Shown here: positions 62,003-64,000 of the stretch, in pieces
How the letters are laid out: each line of letters begins with the position of its first letter
Position numbering within the stretch: position 1 is the first letter of the stretch
Source: Thermodesulfobacteriota bacterium
Lineage (GTDB): Bacteria > Desulfobacterota_D > UBA1144 > Nemesobacterales > Mycalebacteriaceae
Length of the DNA: 64,000 nt
Direction: 5' to 3'
Assembly: GCA_965198945.1 (NCBI GenBank)
Contig: CBDAQI010000011.1
Span: 32,001 to 96,000, forward strand
Translations under genes and position numbers: made by a program
The notes under the pieces: model-generated
The model's input: the letters and a program-made list of their open reading frames with translations, nothing else
Database searches by the model: none
What the model was told of the DNA's origin: nothing

Positions 62003-62688
62003 CGGGGCTGAGGGAAAAACTAAAATTGTGTGCGCCGCTTTTTACCGCTTTGTTTTTCTCGGTCTGCCTTTTTGCCAACGGTTTATATGCTCAGGATTTG
62101 GAGACCCGGCGCGAGTCCTGTATTTCCCGCGCTGAAAAAGGATTTTACAATGAAGCGGAAAAACTGTGTCTTGAGGTGTTGCGCTCAAACCCTTATGATG
62201 CGGAGATTTGGGGCGTCATGGGTTTTATCCATGAAGAGACGGGCCGTTACGAAAGAGCGTCCGAGTCATATCAACAATATCTCAAAATCAACCCCGAAGA
62301 CGCTCGGATTCTTTACTTTGCGGGCTTGTCATATGAGATGCGGGGGCTCAACGCCAAAGCGATTGAATTTTACGAAAAAGCGTTGGATGTAAACCCCGAT
62401 TTTGCCGAAGCGTGGAATGATCTCGGTTTTCTTTACGAATTGACGGGGCGGCACGAAAAGGCGATGGAGTGTTTCAGTGAAGCCCTGCGGGCTGACCCCG
62501 AATACACGGAAGCATGGGAGAATATGGCTCGCTCCCATATCAAGCAGTCAAGCAAAAGAGCACCTCGCCCTAAAAAGAAACAGCGGAGCCAGAATAGCCA
62601 GAAACCATATAACAAATATCAGAAAAACGCCGATTTCCTCCGCATGTTCAGCAGACCGATTGAAAAGAATCCCTATCCGTGGCGTTAG
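61999..62688 (+). CDS. TPR-repeat protein with signal peptide
   Basis: Repeated A...Y..AL..NP..AEAW.LG units. Confidence 0.85.
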   Translation: MTGLREKLKLCAPLFTALFFSVCLFANGLYAQDLETRRESCISRAEKGFYNEAEKLCLEVLRSNPYDAEIWGVMGFIHEETGRYERASESYQQYLKINPEDARILYFAGLSYEMRGLNAKAIEFYEKALDVNPDFAEAWNDLGFLYELTGRHEKAMECFSEALRADPEYTEAWENMARSHIKQSSKRAPRPKKKQRSQNSQKPYNKYQKNADFLRMFSRPIEKNPYPWR

Positions 62689-62716
62689 GGCAATGTAAAA
62701 AAACCTGACTTTATTG

Positions 62717-62745
62717 TTGACAACATTTTTGACATTTCCTATATT
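62717..62745 (+). promoter_or_regulatory. TA operon promoter with overlapping palindromes
   Basis: TTGACA-N17-TATATT; TGTTG-a-CAACA over the -35. Confidence 0.7.
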
Positions 62746-62765
62746 CATTGAGGGAGAAAGGAGAA

Positions 62766-63545
62766 ATGATTGGAGATTTTGTTAAGAAGCAACGTCTGAA
62801 AAGAGATATAACCCAGGCTGAAGTTGCTTTGAGGCTTGGGATTTCAAGACCGACGTATATACAGATTGAACTCGGTGGGCGTGATATAACAGTTCCAGAA
62901 GTGAAAAAACTTGCGGAGTTGTTTGATATGTCTCCAGAAGATTTTATCAATGAGACCGAACCTGCGGTTCCCAAAGTCATTCTTGAGAAAGGGGATTTGA
63001 TGGAAAAAGCCGTTGAAGAGAACAGTCTTGAAATTCGTGTTCCGCGGCAGGATTTGGAAAAATTAGAACAGGTTCTTTTGTATGTTCTCACAAAAGTTGG
63101 CGGAAAGCCAAATGTTGGTGAGACGGTTTTGCACAAACTTCTTTACTTCATTGATTTTGACTACTACGAGAAGTTTGAAGAAAACCTTATGGGATTGACT
63201 TACATCAAGAATCACCACGGTCCCACATCAGTTGAGTTGGGCGAAGTCATTAAAAAAATGATAAAAGACGAGGAAGTTCAGTCCTTAAAAGTAAAACGTT
63301 TCAATTATGTGCAGAAAAAATATCTTGCTATCAACGAACCCGACTTAAAACTTCTTTCAGCTCAGGAACTTTTGCATATTGACGATGTGTTGAATCGCCT
63401 TTCGGATAAGAGCGCCGGTGAGATTGAAGAGTATTCGCACGGCGATATACCGTGGATAGTTGCAAAAGAGGGGAAGCAGATTTCATATGAGGCGGTTTTT
63501 TACCGGGAAGACCCTTACTCGGTTAGGGCCTACGATGAACTTTGA
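62766..63545 (+). CDS. XRE-HTH plus Panacea (DUF4065/SocA-like) antitoxin
   Basis: N-terminal HTH; KLLYFIDF, HGP, YSHGDIPW motifs. Confidence 0.8.
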   Translation: MIGDFVKKQRLKRDITQAEVALRLGISRPTYIQIELGGRDITVPEVKKLAELFDMSPEDFINETEPAVPKVILEKGDLMEKAVEENSLEIRVPRQDLEKLEQVLLYVLTKVGGKPNVGETVLHKLLYFIDFDYYEKFEENLMGLTYIKNHHGPTSVELGEVIKKMIKDEEVQSLKVKRFNYVQKKYLAINEPDLKLLSAQELLHIDDVLNRLSDKSAGEIEEYSHGDIPWIVAKEGKQISYEAVFYREDPYSVRAYDEL

Positions 63546-63909
63546 GGAGTTGCCGGAGTTTCAAAGGGATTTCAGAAACCTTGTAAACAAATACAAAACA
63601 CTACCGGAAGATATGGAGCAGTTTCGTGAGATTGTTTTAGAATTTCCGCTTGGCGGCAAAAAACATTCCGGCATCCTTACCGGTTCAGACCGTTTCAGCA
63701 TAATCAAAGCCCGTCTGTCTTGCCGATACCTCAAGGGCTCGTCTCTGCGTATTATCTACGCTTACTGTAAAACAAAAAATCGCATTGATTTTATTGAGAT
63801 ATATTTCAAGGGTAATAAGCAAAGGGAAGATAAAAGAAGAATAGGGAGTTATCTGGGTCAATGTTCCCGTTTTGCCGCGGCGGGTTGCAAATCCTTCAAA
63901 GGTAAATAA
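63535..63909 (+). CDS. RelE/ParE-like toxin
   Basis: Overlaps the antitoxin stop; PEFQRDFRNL..KY, LRIIYAY, IEIYFKG. Confidence 0.7.
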   Translation: MNFEELPEFQRDFRNLVNKYKTLPEDMEQFREIVLEFPLGGKKHSGILTGSDRFSIIKARLSCRYLKGSSLRIIYAYCKTKNRIDFIEIYFKGNKQREDKRRIGSYLGQCSRFAAAGCKSFKGK

Positions 63910-63914
63910 CACTG

Positions 63915-64000
63915 ATGAGACTCAAAACAGTTTTTCTGTCACTGGCTGTATTTTTTACGCTTGCTTCCTTCGCCTCCGCCGAAGATGCTTCAGATGTTTT
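63915..64000 (+). CDS. Exported protein (partial; runs off window)
   Basis: MRLKTVFLSLAVFFTLASFASAEDASDV signal peptide. Confidence 0.6.
   Translation, partial: MRLKTVFLSLAVFFTLASFASAEDASDV

Noticed and set aside
62002..62750. tmRNA (ssrA) next to smpB
   Set aside because: The space is filled by the TPR gene and no tRNA-like tmRNA ends were found.

Overview
Core-genome window of a Gram-negative bacterium. Gene content and protein style suggest a deltaproteobacterial-like lineage such as Dadabacteria; this is an inference only. The left half holds sucB(partial)/sucA, a tandem pair of split FmdB-type zinc-ribbon proteins, housekeeping genes (era, rarA, M42 peptidase, gloA, uvrC, miaB, ispH) and an orphan phage-tail-fibre-like gene. 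It continues with glnK-amtB-porin behind an array of four tandem sigma70 promoters, tRNA-Phe, an XRE regulator/membrane protein/minimal pilM-pilQ operon, an RNase R-family gene, tRNA-Ser and tag. A family of CGTC-tagged (dRS3-like) palindromic repeats follows, with one doublet inserted in frame inside a 3'-truncated dinG. The right half is the str-S10-spc-alpha ribosomal superoperon (no rpmD; tuf has a strikingly different G/T-rich codon usage), followed by an LLM oxidoreductase, pdxH, metF, an MFS transporter, alr, an mla-type ABC operon, smpB, a TPR gene and an HTH-Panacea/RelE-like toxin-antitoxin pair. No CRISPR array, integrase, transposase or reverse transcriptase was recognised. All family calls come from motif recognition by eye, not from database searches.
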